The notes under the pieces: generated by a model | Seen by the model: the letters and a program-made list of their open reading frames with translations, nothing else | The model's database searches: none | What the model was told of the DNA's origin: nothing | NCBI RefSeq assembly: GCF_009914755.1 | Contig: NC_060927.1 | DNA from: the human T2T-CHM13v2.0 reference genome, Homo sapiens | DNA: 64,000 nt | Strand: one strand, 5' to 3' | Translations under genes and position numbers: made by a program | Part shown: positions 1-11,594 of the stretch, in pieces | Numbering within the stretch: position 1 is the stretch's first letter | How the letters are laid out: the number at the start of each line of letters is the position of its first letter

Positions 1-1229
1 TCTGACTTTTTATTACCTAAGACAATGAAATTAAATGGTTAAGATATAAAAAAAATTAGGAGCTTATTGTTACAATTGGCATTTGACATCATACTAAATA
101 TAATAAAATAAATGTCATGTCTAAAAACACAGCTAACTTAAATCATACTCTGAAAAGGGCATAGTGTAGAACATTAAACTGTATTAAGTTCACTGTAATT
201 CACATTAACACAAAATACTGAAATACAGTAAGTGTGGTGTTATGTTAACTTTTCCTAGATCTCACTGGAGTAAAACAAAATATTTACTCTAACATTAGTG
301 ATGAGGAATTTAGTTGCTCAAAGTATGAGAAAAGATACATGAAAGATAATCTTTTTTCTATTTTCCGATAAAGCAGCATAACTGTTGTTTTAAGGAGTTT
401 TAACTAAGAGAAGCACACTATAATTTACAGAGGACTTTAGGACTCTTAGAGTTTGTTCTTACATTCAACAAATATTTGGAATTATAAGATATTGCAAAAG
501 GATTTGTCTTTTCATAAAGGCATTTAAATATCCAAAATGATATACTTCAGGTAAAGATATATTTCTATAAATGATTATAAATTAGGTGAGTAATCCTGAT
601 TGTATAATATAATTCCCTAATTATTTAGGAGCTGCGAATTGACTTGGAATAGTATGAATTATGTTTGTTTTCGTTTTTCACTTTGCTTTTGACAAAGTCA
701 CGTTTCTAGAATGTTTGCTGATGCTGATTTAGCCACTTTATGCTCTTCCTGTGTCATGATAGGTAACTGAAAATGAATGGAAATGTATTCCTAATTAATT
801 TAAATTCAACAAATACTTGCCAGGCATGTATTATAAAACTATACTGGGTACAACAGAGATGCTAGTTCAGTGTCTTATGTAAAACAGATATAAGATTGTT
901 GAATATATATGAATAATTTATCATTGGTTTTATTCATTAGAATTATTAAATTCAACCAAAAATGCATATCCATATAATGTTACAAAAATTCATCATCTTC
1001 TTTCAGCATTTGAAAAATCCTCACTCAGATAGATTGTGCATCATATTTTCACCTATGACTTGTTTATGAACTACATTATTTTTCTCAGCAAAAAAACCTG
1101 AAGTATCATTTAAAATGATATTTAAAATATTTGGTATTAATTATAACTTTATGTTTGAATCAAATAAAAATAATATGGCATTGCATGCAGCACGATTGCT
1201 TTTTGAATTTTCTCTGATATACCTTATGA

Positions 1230-1563
<334 letters not shown>

Positions 1564-2869
1564 TACATACATATTTATTAATTTAACAAATAGGTATTTA
1601 TTACGTGAATGTTCATTAATTGCCTTCTATGAGCATGTCACTGTGATAGGTTGTGGTTTGTATACTCACAAACATATAAGTAAGGGTGATAGATAGGTGA
1701 AAAAATATTTAAATCGAAAGTAGGTTAATGATATAATAGAAGGAATAGCCTGAGTAAGACTACTTACAGTCTATAACCAAATGTTTCATAAAAACTTGCT
1801 TCATTTGACTCAATAAATACATCAGATGCCATTCTGGTGTACTCAGTAAATCAGCTTTCTCATCCATGATGTTCATTATTTCACAGTGAAGGCCAAATCT
1901 GATCTGGATAAATGAACAATGAAATTTAAGCAATCTGATTTTTGAGCAGAAGATACAGTAGAATTAATAAAATATACAAAAAATGTTATCATCTGTAGGA
2001 TACTTGTTTGGCTTCAAGAAATTTTTTTGTCAAGCCTATTTAATCTTTGCTACTACTTGATATAATTGAATATCTCTTCCTAAACTATATTGTGAGACAA
2101 AATAAGGTGTTGTTACCAAACTATTTCTCTATTTGATTGCAACCTAATATTTTCATTTGTAGTTTAATTAGTTCAAATGTCTTCTGCCCCAAACCACATC
2201 TCTTACTGTGACTTGTATTTAGACCAGGTACAGAATTTTTACCAATTTTTCAATCCTTGCTAATTTTAGTTAGCTATGATCTGAAGTATTTAAAATAAAG
2301 TCGATTAATAACAATGTAAAGAAACTTACTAACTAGTCCCAACCAGACTATTCTTTTCTCTGTCCTTTTTTCAAAGTAGCTAGTTGTCTAGTTGAAATGA
2401 TGTTTTTACAAAGCAATTCTCACCAATTTCAAACATCTTGACAAAAAAAAAATTGCTGGGATTTAAAATGCACAGACTATGTGATGGCTTCAGTAACTTT
2501 TTAAGTTGTGGTTGAATTAATGTTTACATTGTCTATACTAATTTACTCAACAATATCTTAAATCAATATTATTTAACATTACCAGAATATCTTTCCTTTG
2601 TTTATTGGGAAAAATATGTGACACATTTAAAACTAAAATAATTTATTTCAGGTCTACTTTTGCAAATGATAAAATGCAATAAGACCATAAGACCACATTG
2701 CAAATTTTTTAAAAATCTATACAATTTGGATTTATTATTTGGTATAATTTTTAAAAATCTCAATTGTTATTCTCTAGAGATTTACAAAGAGATAATTGAA
2801 AATTATTAATGGATTAACCAGACATTCTTGATATTCAGGAGTTATTTAATTCTCAGTCAGGTTACTTAC

Positions 2870-2902
2870 CAGTGGAGCAGGAGAGTTAACTTGAAACGGC
2901 CT
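2870..2902 (-). other. Candidate 33-nt internal exon
   Basis: Minus strand reads attatctttcatag|AGGCCGTTTCAAGTTAACTCTCCTGCTCCACTG|gtaagtaac. The donor is a consensus match, the acceptor moderate, and the exon is GC-richer than its flanks. Confidence 0.35.
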
Positions 2903-5900
2903 CTATGAAAGATAATTGTTAAATTTCTAATGAATTCTATAATGACCATATTGACAATAACATAAAAGAAGGTAAATGAAATAAATTCATTATATTTGAA
3001 CACTTTATATTCATCAGTATTTTGTTAATAGTGTAGGCCATTATTTCAGTTTATAAATTTGAAACATCTGTTGCATATTGTAGTATATTTTAATTAACCA
3101 TATTTGCCTCTTTTTTTGTTTTATTAACATTTAGGAATGTTCTAGCCATTCTTAAACAATTTGCTGAGTAAAATATTTTCAGTAACATGATATAAACCAC
3201 CAATAGTACAAACAGCCTCTTGTCCTTAAAAGTCAATAGTAAATGGAAATTATTTGTATTATAAGAAACTCTTAATATATATAGGTATCAAATTGCAAAA
3301 AAACTATCTTACACTTAAAATATACGACTTGGTTTACTTAACCCACCACATAATAAGCAGCCAGTAAATACCTATTAATATTTTATTAAGAAAACAAGGA
3401 AATATTTTATTTTTTCTGTATAAATAAAAAATAAAATATTGGTGTTCTTCAAAGACACATCAAAATAAATATAAAAACCTGTGAATGATAATATTATTAG
3501 ACAATACACAACTACACAAATTGAGCAAATGTATACTAGGTATTTGCAGATAACTCAAATTTTATATAGTCAGTGAATAAAAGGAACTGCCTAAAAATAA
3601 ATTAATTGATACATATAAGTTTAATACATGCTACTAGTTACATATCTTTGGTATCTAAATGGTAAGTTAAATACAAATGATAAAGTTAAAATGATGTTAT
3701 TGATCAAAATCTAAGATGTCTGTTTTTACAGATGGATAATAGTTTTGGTATACAATACTAAATACAAATGGAATCATAGATAATACTTATTTATGAATAT
3801 TTCTACATTTAATCATTGTATAGGAAGATGTTTATTTAATATATTGAGTTCATACAAATAAATAAAATAGCTTACATAGAGAACAATTTCCTCTGTTACA
3901 AAGGTGTGATGTATGGTGAGTTTCTTATGTTGCTGTTTTCATTCCAAAATGTTACTATGAAATTCCAGTGTAATGGTACAAATGAAAACACCTTGTTCTA
4001 GTTTTTTTCTAATTTTTTAAGATTGAAGTTTTGGCATTTAATTCTTTAAGAATTTATTTTGATCTATAATATCCAGTTAAGTTTTAAATTGAGTTTTTTT
4101 TCCATTTTTCTACTAGAACAGTAACCATTATTGAATATGCATTTTTTCAATTTACAAAATATAAGTGTCTGCTACTTTATACCTGATTACCTCTCAGCAA
4201 AAATGTTAATTTAAAATTTTCATTTGTTAAGCATGTCCAAATTTTACCTTCTCTAAACTTTTCATTCTTTTAAGCCATTGTCTTTTCACTGGTGGACCAC
4301 CCAAATTATTATGACATATTCTGTGGTCTCCAGATCCAAGTAGGAAATTACAGAGACTAAAATGTTACAGAAACAGATAAAAATTTTGATTTAAATGTGT
4401 CACATAGACAAGGAACCATGTAGACAAAAAAGAGATTTCAATTAATTATTTCATTAATATCATGAACTTGTTTTTTCTCATGAACTAATATAAGATTACT
4501 CAAACTCCTAAGCTGAATATGAAAATATAACCATAACAAAATTAATTGAAAAAAATTTTGAAGAGTCTTAAAGATAAAACTCTGGATTATTACAGATATT
4601 GTATCATCTGAATTTTCATTCTTTCTTTTGCTCATTGCTTATTGTAGAAATGTGAAAACAAAACCAGTTGCTGACCAGTATCTTTACAGGGGAGTATATA
4701 GATCATCCTATCACTGGCATATTTTTCTACTCAGGCAGAGAAACCACATTTTACATAATAGCACTTTTACTCACTTTGTGTTTTCAAATACTTCTCAGGT
4801 TTTTATACCGAAAGCACTCAAAGTCTAAAATAAATGGAGAAAGACATTGAGAGGCTCTTTAAACAAAGAATTCTCTAAATGTAGAGTTGGAAGGATTATC
4901 TGGTCAACATGAATGGCATTTTCATCTCTTGGTAATTTATAGACTTTTCTCATAATGGTCAATATCTCCACCACAAAGCCTGGAATTTGCCATGTTAGCA
5001 TTTTCAATTCCCTTGCCACAAGGCCAGCATTTCCCATCAAACATCATAAGATCTCAGGAAGAGGGTAGTTTCAATCAGTCCATAATGAGAGAAGTAAGCA
5101 AATGTTATTCTGACTATGGTTCTCATCATCTCTTTGTTTTTGTTCTTCTGATCCACTAAAGAGATACCATTTATATAATTTATCATAAATGCTAAGAACC
5201 AATTCAAATTACTTATGTTAACAAACAGCACAATTACTTTGACATACACTCAGGGAAAAGTGGAATTTTGGAGGTCATAATTAAAATCCCCAAGGCTCAA
5301 AATGATTATATGACATCACCAGGTTATTTTGCAACAATAAGAAAAAATGATGAAGGAGTGAGAATGAGCTGGGTGTGAGAGTGTACTTAATTACTGGATA
5401 AGTCACATGTTCTAGAGTTTGCAGGCATGATGTTTTAATTGTAAGTAGAGATTTTAAAAGGTGATAATTAAAATCATTCAAAACTTACTGTATGATAACT
5501 AAGGCACTAATGACTTTAATCAAAATACATTAACACCTGCATGGTGCATACTACATTTCAGATTACTCTTAATATTTTATGGGAATTACTTTATTCAATC
5601 CTTATTTGCACTGAGGTAGTGTTATTATTATTCTCATCTTTCAGTTAGGGAGCAATGAAAAAACTAGTTAAACATTTAGTCTCAAGGAGTCTGACTCCAG
5701 AGCCCATTTTTCTCCATGTCTATCACTGGAGATAATTTTATAGCTTTAGTAAATAACTCATCTACTGTCAGCCTTATCTGCTCTATCATTTGCCCTTTCC
5801 ACTAACCGTGGTCAGTAGTCCTTGAATCTGACTGCTAACAAACCTGTCACCTAACTTAATGACATCATCATTATGTAAAATTCCTATAAAGCTTTGGAAA

Positions 5901-6741
5901 ACAGAACTTTGCAAATTGTATGATTTTATGCAAGCTCATATGTTAAGAAAGTAAGTTTTATTTCTTTTCCTAATACAATAAAAAAAGTTTGAACTCTACT
6001 AATGATTACAGTAAGTCTTCACAGCAAAAACAAACAAGCAAAAAACCAAAAGAAACCAAAAGAAATATGCTGTAAGTAATGTCAGTCTAAATTTAAAATT
6101 TTGCACGCTAACATTCAAACTTTTTGAGCCTTAGGTATTACTGGCAGAATATTTAGTTTTCACTTAGCACAGCAATACATAACTGCACTCTCCCCTATCA
6201 ATAGATATACAATAGATGCATGATTGCAGAGGAAAATATGCAAATGTGTGCATACATACAACTATCTTTAAAATCAAAGTTATTATTGTGTGATTATGAT
6301 CAGGCTTTGGTAGATCAAGTTAAATATTCCACTAACTCAGATTTGTGTTTCTAGTAAAATCCTATAGCTTAGTTTCTTGATGATCACTCTTTTTTTCCCT
6401 CTTATTATCTAGTCCCCTGGAAATCTTTGCAAGTTCACTTTTGACAATTCCTTATTCCCTATAAGGTAGCAGCAAAGATCTATTTGTAGTTTCCTCAACC
6501 TGCATTTATCTTTCACTCTTCTCTGCTTTTGCACAAGATGATCTCTGCCTATAATGCATTTTCTCTTTGTTGAACTGCTGAAATTCTAGAACTTTTAAGA
6601 CTCCTCTGCAACATTTTTTCTAATGTCCTCCAAGTTTGTCGCATCCTTCTCTTTCTTGCTTAGCCTTACATACTTCTCAAGCTGAGCTGAATTTACTAGC
6701 TATGTGGCCAAATTTTTTATGTAAATTAGGAATAAGGGAAC

Positions 6742-7990
6742 TGTGTGGGTCAGAGTCCTGTCAAGAAGCAGACTGGATAATTTGGGTAATTAAATTGCTT
6801 AATTTGAGGGGAATTTAATAAAGACTTGCTAAGGATAAGAAACACAGAAAAGCAAAGTGTTTTTTCCTATTTTTACACACTACTCAAGGGAACATTTCTG
6901 ACATCAGATTCTCCAGGGAACACCAGCTGGTTGTCTTAGAATTCAGTTCTGATATTATCTATTTGAAGATAGTGTCACATCTCATGGTTGAAGGCTCAGC
7001 CCCCAAACTGCCTTCCACTTCAGATGCCAGTTGCAAGTTCCAGGTTGTGAACTGTACTTCTTATTGACCAGCTATAATCCTTGGAGTTCTTATAACCCTT
7101 TCACTGGGTTTAATTTGCTAGAGTACCTCACAGTACTCAGGGTAATATTTACTTACATTTATCCATTTATTGTAAAGTATATTACAAAGGATACAGATGA
7201 ACAATCAGATGGAAGAGATGCATAGTTAAAGGAATGTGGGAAGGGGTGTGGAGTTTCCATGCCCTGTCTAGGGCACCACCCTAAAGGCACCTCCATGGGT
7301 TCAGCAATCCAGAAGCTCTTTAAACCTAGTCATTTTGGGGTTTTATGAGGACTTCATTGTGTAATCATGGTTGATTAAGTCATTGGTCATTGGTGATCAA
7401 CTCAACCTGCAGCCCCTTTCTACTCCATGGAGTTCTAGTGGTGGCTGCTCAAAGTTTCAACCCTGTAATCCTGCCTTGGTCATTCCCGTGACCTGCTCTC
7501 ATCCTGAAGCTACCTAGAGTCCTGAGTCACCAGGAATCTCATTAGCCTACAAACGACAATCTTTTTTCATTTCAGAGTTTGCCAAGAACAAAGACAAAAA
7601 CCAAATATATATTGCAAAATGTCACAAATCTTCGTTCATGAATGTGAGAAGGGTGTGATGAGACCAGAGTAACTGTGCAGAACAATTTAGTGGCAATATG
7701 CATTCTGGCCATTCTTACTCATGAAAAGGCAAGAGGAGGAACACAAGAAGGTTGGGGGTGAGTGGAAAGGGCTGTATGGCAGGAGCTCTACATTTTGGTT
7801 GAGGGATGTTTCCAGCTGAGAAAATAAATGCCCTGATGTTCCTCTCCTCCCTCCTTCTGTCTCTCTCCAGTGCTTCCCGTTTGCGGGTCTCACCCAGATG
7901 CCAGAGCCAATGCTTAATATTATCCCTGCGAGTCAGCCTCTAGGACATTAAGCAAGTTTGCAAAGAATGAAGTCATTTTTTTCATATCCT
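6742..7990 (-). mobile_element. LTR33-like ERVL solo LTR, split by a MER21 insertion
   Basis: The left part (tgtgtgggtcagagtcctg...gaatttaataaag) and right part (ccctgatgttcctctcctccctcc...ccagatgccagag...gtcagcctc) match the two halves of LTR33 as recalled. Confidence 0.6.
6828..7626 (-). mobile_element. MER21-family (MER21A/B-like) solo LTR
   Basis: Characteristic ttcagatgccagttgcaag, aaggatacagatgaacaatcagatggaagagatgcata and cattggtgatcaactcaacc motifs; ends ...ccaaatatatattgcaaaatgtcaca (minus-strand TG start). Confidence 0.8.
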
Positions 7991-8129
7991 ACTGGGATTT
8001 GGTAAACATAGGATGAAAATATATTAAAACTCATAGTCCAAGTATGTATTCAATTTCTAAAATATCATTTGCATAATAACCACAGCCAAATTTTGAACTA
8101 TTCACTTTTAACAGTAAATAGCACTAACA

Positions 8130-8800
8130 TGTAACCAATTGCTTAAAACAGAAACTTGGGAATCATCTTTGATTCCGTACACTCCTTTATTTCCCATATA
8201 TAGTGTATTTAGCATGGCATTTATAATACAGAATCTGGTGTCAAATTGCCTGGGTCCATAGCCTACAGGGTTGTCATTAGCCCAAGGATATCTTTAAATA
8301 CCTTCACTTAAAGGTATTTAAAGAAGAGGCTTCATTTGTTTAAGTGACAGGTGCAACAAGGCTTAGTTAGTGGACATGAGCTGGATTTCAGCCCAACTGA
8401 AACTATTGCCAGCTTCTCTTGTGGAATGAATGAATGACAAAGCCATACATGAAGGCCCTAAAATCTTGGCTCTAACACTTTGCAGCTATATGATTTAGCT
8501 TAAGCTCTTCAAACCCATTCCCTTTTCTGTAAAAAAAAAAGTGATAATTAAAGTATCTACTTTATTAGATCCTTGTGAGAACTGAGTGAAAAAAATATGT
8601 GTAAAACTCTTGGAAAAGTTCTGGTGTGCATTAAGCACTAAATATGGAATTTCATATTCAAAATCTTCCTCAATCCTTTGCCCCATCTCTACTGCCTGCA
8701 CCCATTACCGGATTTAGATTTAATTCTTCCTGGACTGTAAAAACAAATCCTTATCTTGTCTCTTCTTTGATCCTTTCCCTACTTCTAATCCTACTTCTCT
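8130..8800 (+). mobile_element. L2 fragment interrupted by a MIR (about 8205-8645)
   Basis: L2-like gaaacttgggaatcatctttgattcc, resuming at ccccatctctactgcc...tcctggact. MIR 5' part (gaatctggtgtcaaattgcctgggtcc) and MIR core/3' part (ggctctaacactttgcagctatatg...ttaagcactaaata) lie between. Confidence 0.6.
8266..8460 (-). mobile_element. MER91-like hAT-Tip100 non-autonomous DNA transposon inside the MIR
   Basis: Termini cagggttgtc...gaaggcccta; the minus strand has the diagnostic gggctgaaatccagc; it splits the MIR at its gaatcc site. Confidence 0.6.
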
Positions 8801-9929
8801 ATACTGAGAAATATTATGCATGTTGTTTCTGTTTCACCACATATATAATAAGCATTTACTTGTGTTTATTAGTATATCTACATTTCCAGAAAAATCTGCT
8901 TTCGATGTAATAGATATTTTGAAAATATCCACCAGCTTTTAACATTTTTTTTTCCTGAATTGCACGAGCCTGTTATGTGAAAGCACCTAGACTGTACTGA
9001 GAATCAATACGCATCATCATAAGGAATTCTAAATATACAGTGTGTGTTTTCAGCCTGGTTCCTTTTTCACTTGATTCGTGATCCCATTTCCTGACTCTGT
9101 TTTCTCACGCAACAGCACTCCTCTGGGTTCTCACTGTGAATCTCTCCACCCCTGCAGCTCCTGGTTAGCAGCTTCCTCTCTCCCTGTGGACTTCTACTTC
9201 ACAGTTCCTTTCCTGGCTCTTTTCTCATCAGGATCACTCTCCTCTTTTTATACCAATGTTGCTGCCATTCATAGTAGCATCTCCCAACAAGGATGTGTCA
9301 TTTTCATCAGCCTGAAAGATAAAATAAAACTTCCAGATCAGCAGTACCTGTAGGATTGAAAGTCTGCATTTATGAGCTATATAAAGCATTTATGAGGCAT
9401 ATGAATCTGCCGGAGGAAATGCACCTGTGAAAACTAAGTGCTCCTATTCAAAAAGAGCTACAACTCTGAGGCCAAAGGGCGAAGCTAAACCAATAGAAAA
9501 TGAATTTATTTTTTTGGATATTGACTTTCTACAAAGTGTTATAAAACATTTCTACCCCCAAATAAATTGTGAAACTTGAGATTATTTAATTATTATCTTC
9601 ACTCTTTCAGAAATCTCATCATTTACAAGTTCTTTTAATACTTACAAAGTCTAGTTTTGATTAACATCAAGGTTTGTTAGATTATAAAGCCCTGTTATAA
9701 ATATATTAAAAGCTCAACTGCATGTTTAGCGCACACCGTCCATTCTGTAACTGTTTTGGTTGTTTTATTGCTTTTCTGATATTGAACTATTTTACCACAA
9801 TGTACAAACAGTTATATTTATCTACTGTGGTTTGAATTTGATTTTCTTCTGCCATTTAACTTCTTGGAGAAAGAAATGAAGATACATTTGTGTTGGGATT
9901 TAACAGAAAATTACTTTCTGAAATGTATT

Positions 9930-10178
9930 TTATTTAACCAACATTTATAGAGGTTTCATCATATGCTAGGCATTATCCTGATTATTTTACAAATATTAAC
10001 TCTGGATTTTCCTAACATCTCTAGGTGACAGCTGTAATTACTTAATCATATTTTATGATAAGAAAATTGAGAAATAGGGAGGTCCAGTAATTTGCTGATG
10101 TGCTCACAGCCAAATGTTGGCAGAACCAGGTTTTGAACTCAGGCACTATTTCAATACTTGCTCTTAACCACCCTGTTA
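9930..10178 (-). mobile_element. MIR SINE
   Basis: ttttatgataagaaaattgagaaatagggaggtccagtaatttgc...cacagc...ggcagaaccaggttttgaactcaggc...ctcttaacca. Confidence 0.8.
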
Positions 10179-11505
10179 TTTTAAAGTAATAAACCATGTT
10201 TTTATTTCTGACCCCAAGTATATGTAAAGCACCAAGGAGCAGAATGCCTTTTCTGATGTGAGGTGAAAAAACATCTCAAAATACTAATGTCTGAGTGTTT
10301 TATTTTCCATAAGACAAATTAATGATTTTATGTGATTTAATAACTATACCTATATAGTATATTCTACTCTTCCTAGAAAACCCACCTGGAATGGTGTTGA
10401 TTAATACAGCACAAGTATACCAGCTGGGCCAGTACTATAGCTATGATGAAAACAGATAAATCTCAAAAAGTAGCCACTAATTATTCCTTCTAGTAGGGCC
10501 TATCTATCCCTCTTTTGCCTATTCTTCAAATTTTGAAGGTAATGAGAAGTATTATTTTCAGTATCTAAAAATGTAATTTTGAGTTGTTTTTCCTTATGGT
10601 CAAAAAAGAAAATTGATACTTAGAATGTTCCCCTGGCTGGCCCAGGATTAATATCCAGAGGATTGTGGCCATTGCCTAATTATATGGTACCCGTGGCTGT
10701 CTCTTCTTCACTGGTGATATCTCAAGGATGTGAATTCAAGTGATTTCTGTTACATGTGCATACTTCCATAACTCTTTTTTATTTCCAAGAGTTTTAAAAA
10801 TCTATTTAATTTAAATATGTAGTTTCATAGTGACACAAACCAAAATTAAAATGAAATGACAGACCGCTGATACTTTAGAAACATAGTCAATGAAATATTT
10901 CACATCATAACCTGGGAGAGCTGTTACATCAGTATAATGTCTTTTTCTTAAAATATGAGTGACTCCTCCCATTTCAAAAATATACTTATTTCACAGGTGC
11001 AGTTATCACAAATGTATGTGGAAATGTACAAGTGCAAAAAAGGTAGAGAAGGGAAGATTCACTTTCCTATTGGCTTGGATTCAGATTCCCCAAAGGTCAC
11101 TGGCCCTTGTGTGAGGCAGCTCAGCCTACCTGAGTGGCCAAGATTATATGCAGCACTGATTATCTCAGATATTTAGAGGCTGGAGCTTGTCCCTGCATAG
11201 AAAGTGTTTCATGCATACTAGGAGGCTGTCTTTGCAGCATTAAGGAAAGCTCTGGCAGATAATAAAATGCAAATTGAAATTTCTGGTAATTAATGCCCAA
11301 TCAATTTTCATGGTTTTCCCTATTTTTTGTTCTCAAAAGTTTATTCCTGACATCTTATTACCTTGGAGGCTTTTCTTCTGAAAAGCCTGCTACTGACTGG
11401 CTGCCAAAAAGAGTCCAGTTCACACCTTTCCTTTTCCAGTGTGCTCTTCTGCTCCATAGAGATAGACAATACTCACAAAAAGAGGAGGAAAAAAAAAAAA
11501 CTCAC

Positions 11506-11594
11506 AGTCCCAATATTTGCATGCTGGTTGAGTTTCTAAGCTGTCAGGTTGCCGGAAGAAAGCCACAGAAGGAAGCCAAGACGCTATCCAATCC
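11506..11594 (-). other. Candidate 89-nt internal exon (probably 5'-UTR or lncRNA)
   Basis: Minus strand reads catttgtttcgttttcag|GGATTGGATAGCG...ATTGGGACT|gtgagtttttt. Both splice sites are strong, 5 CpGs are retained in 11552-11640, and the context is non-repetitive. Confidence 0.55.
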
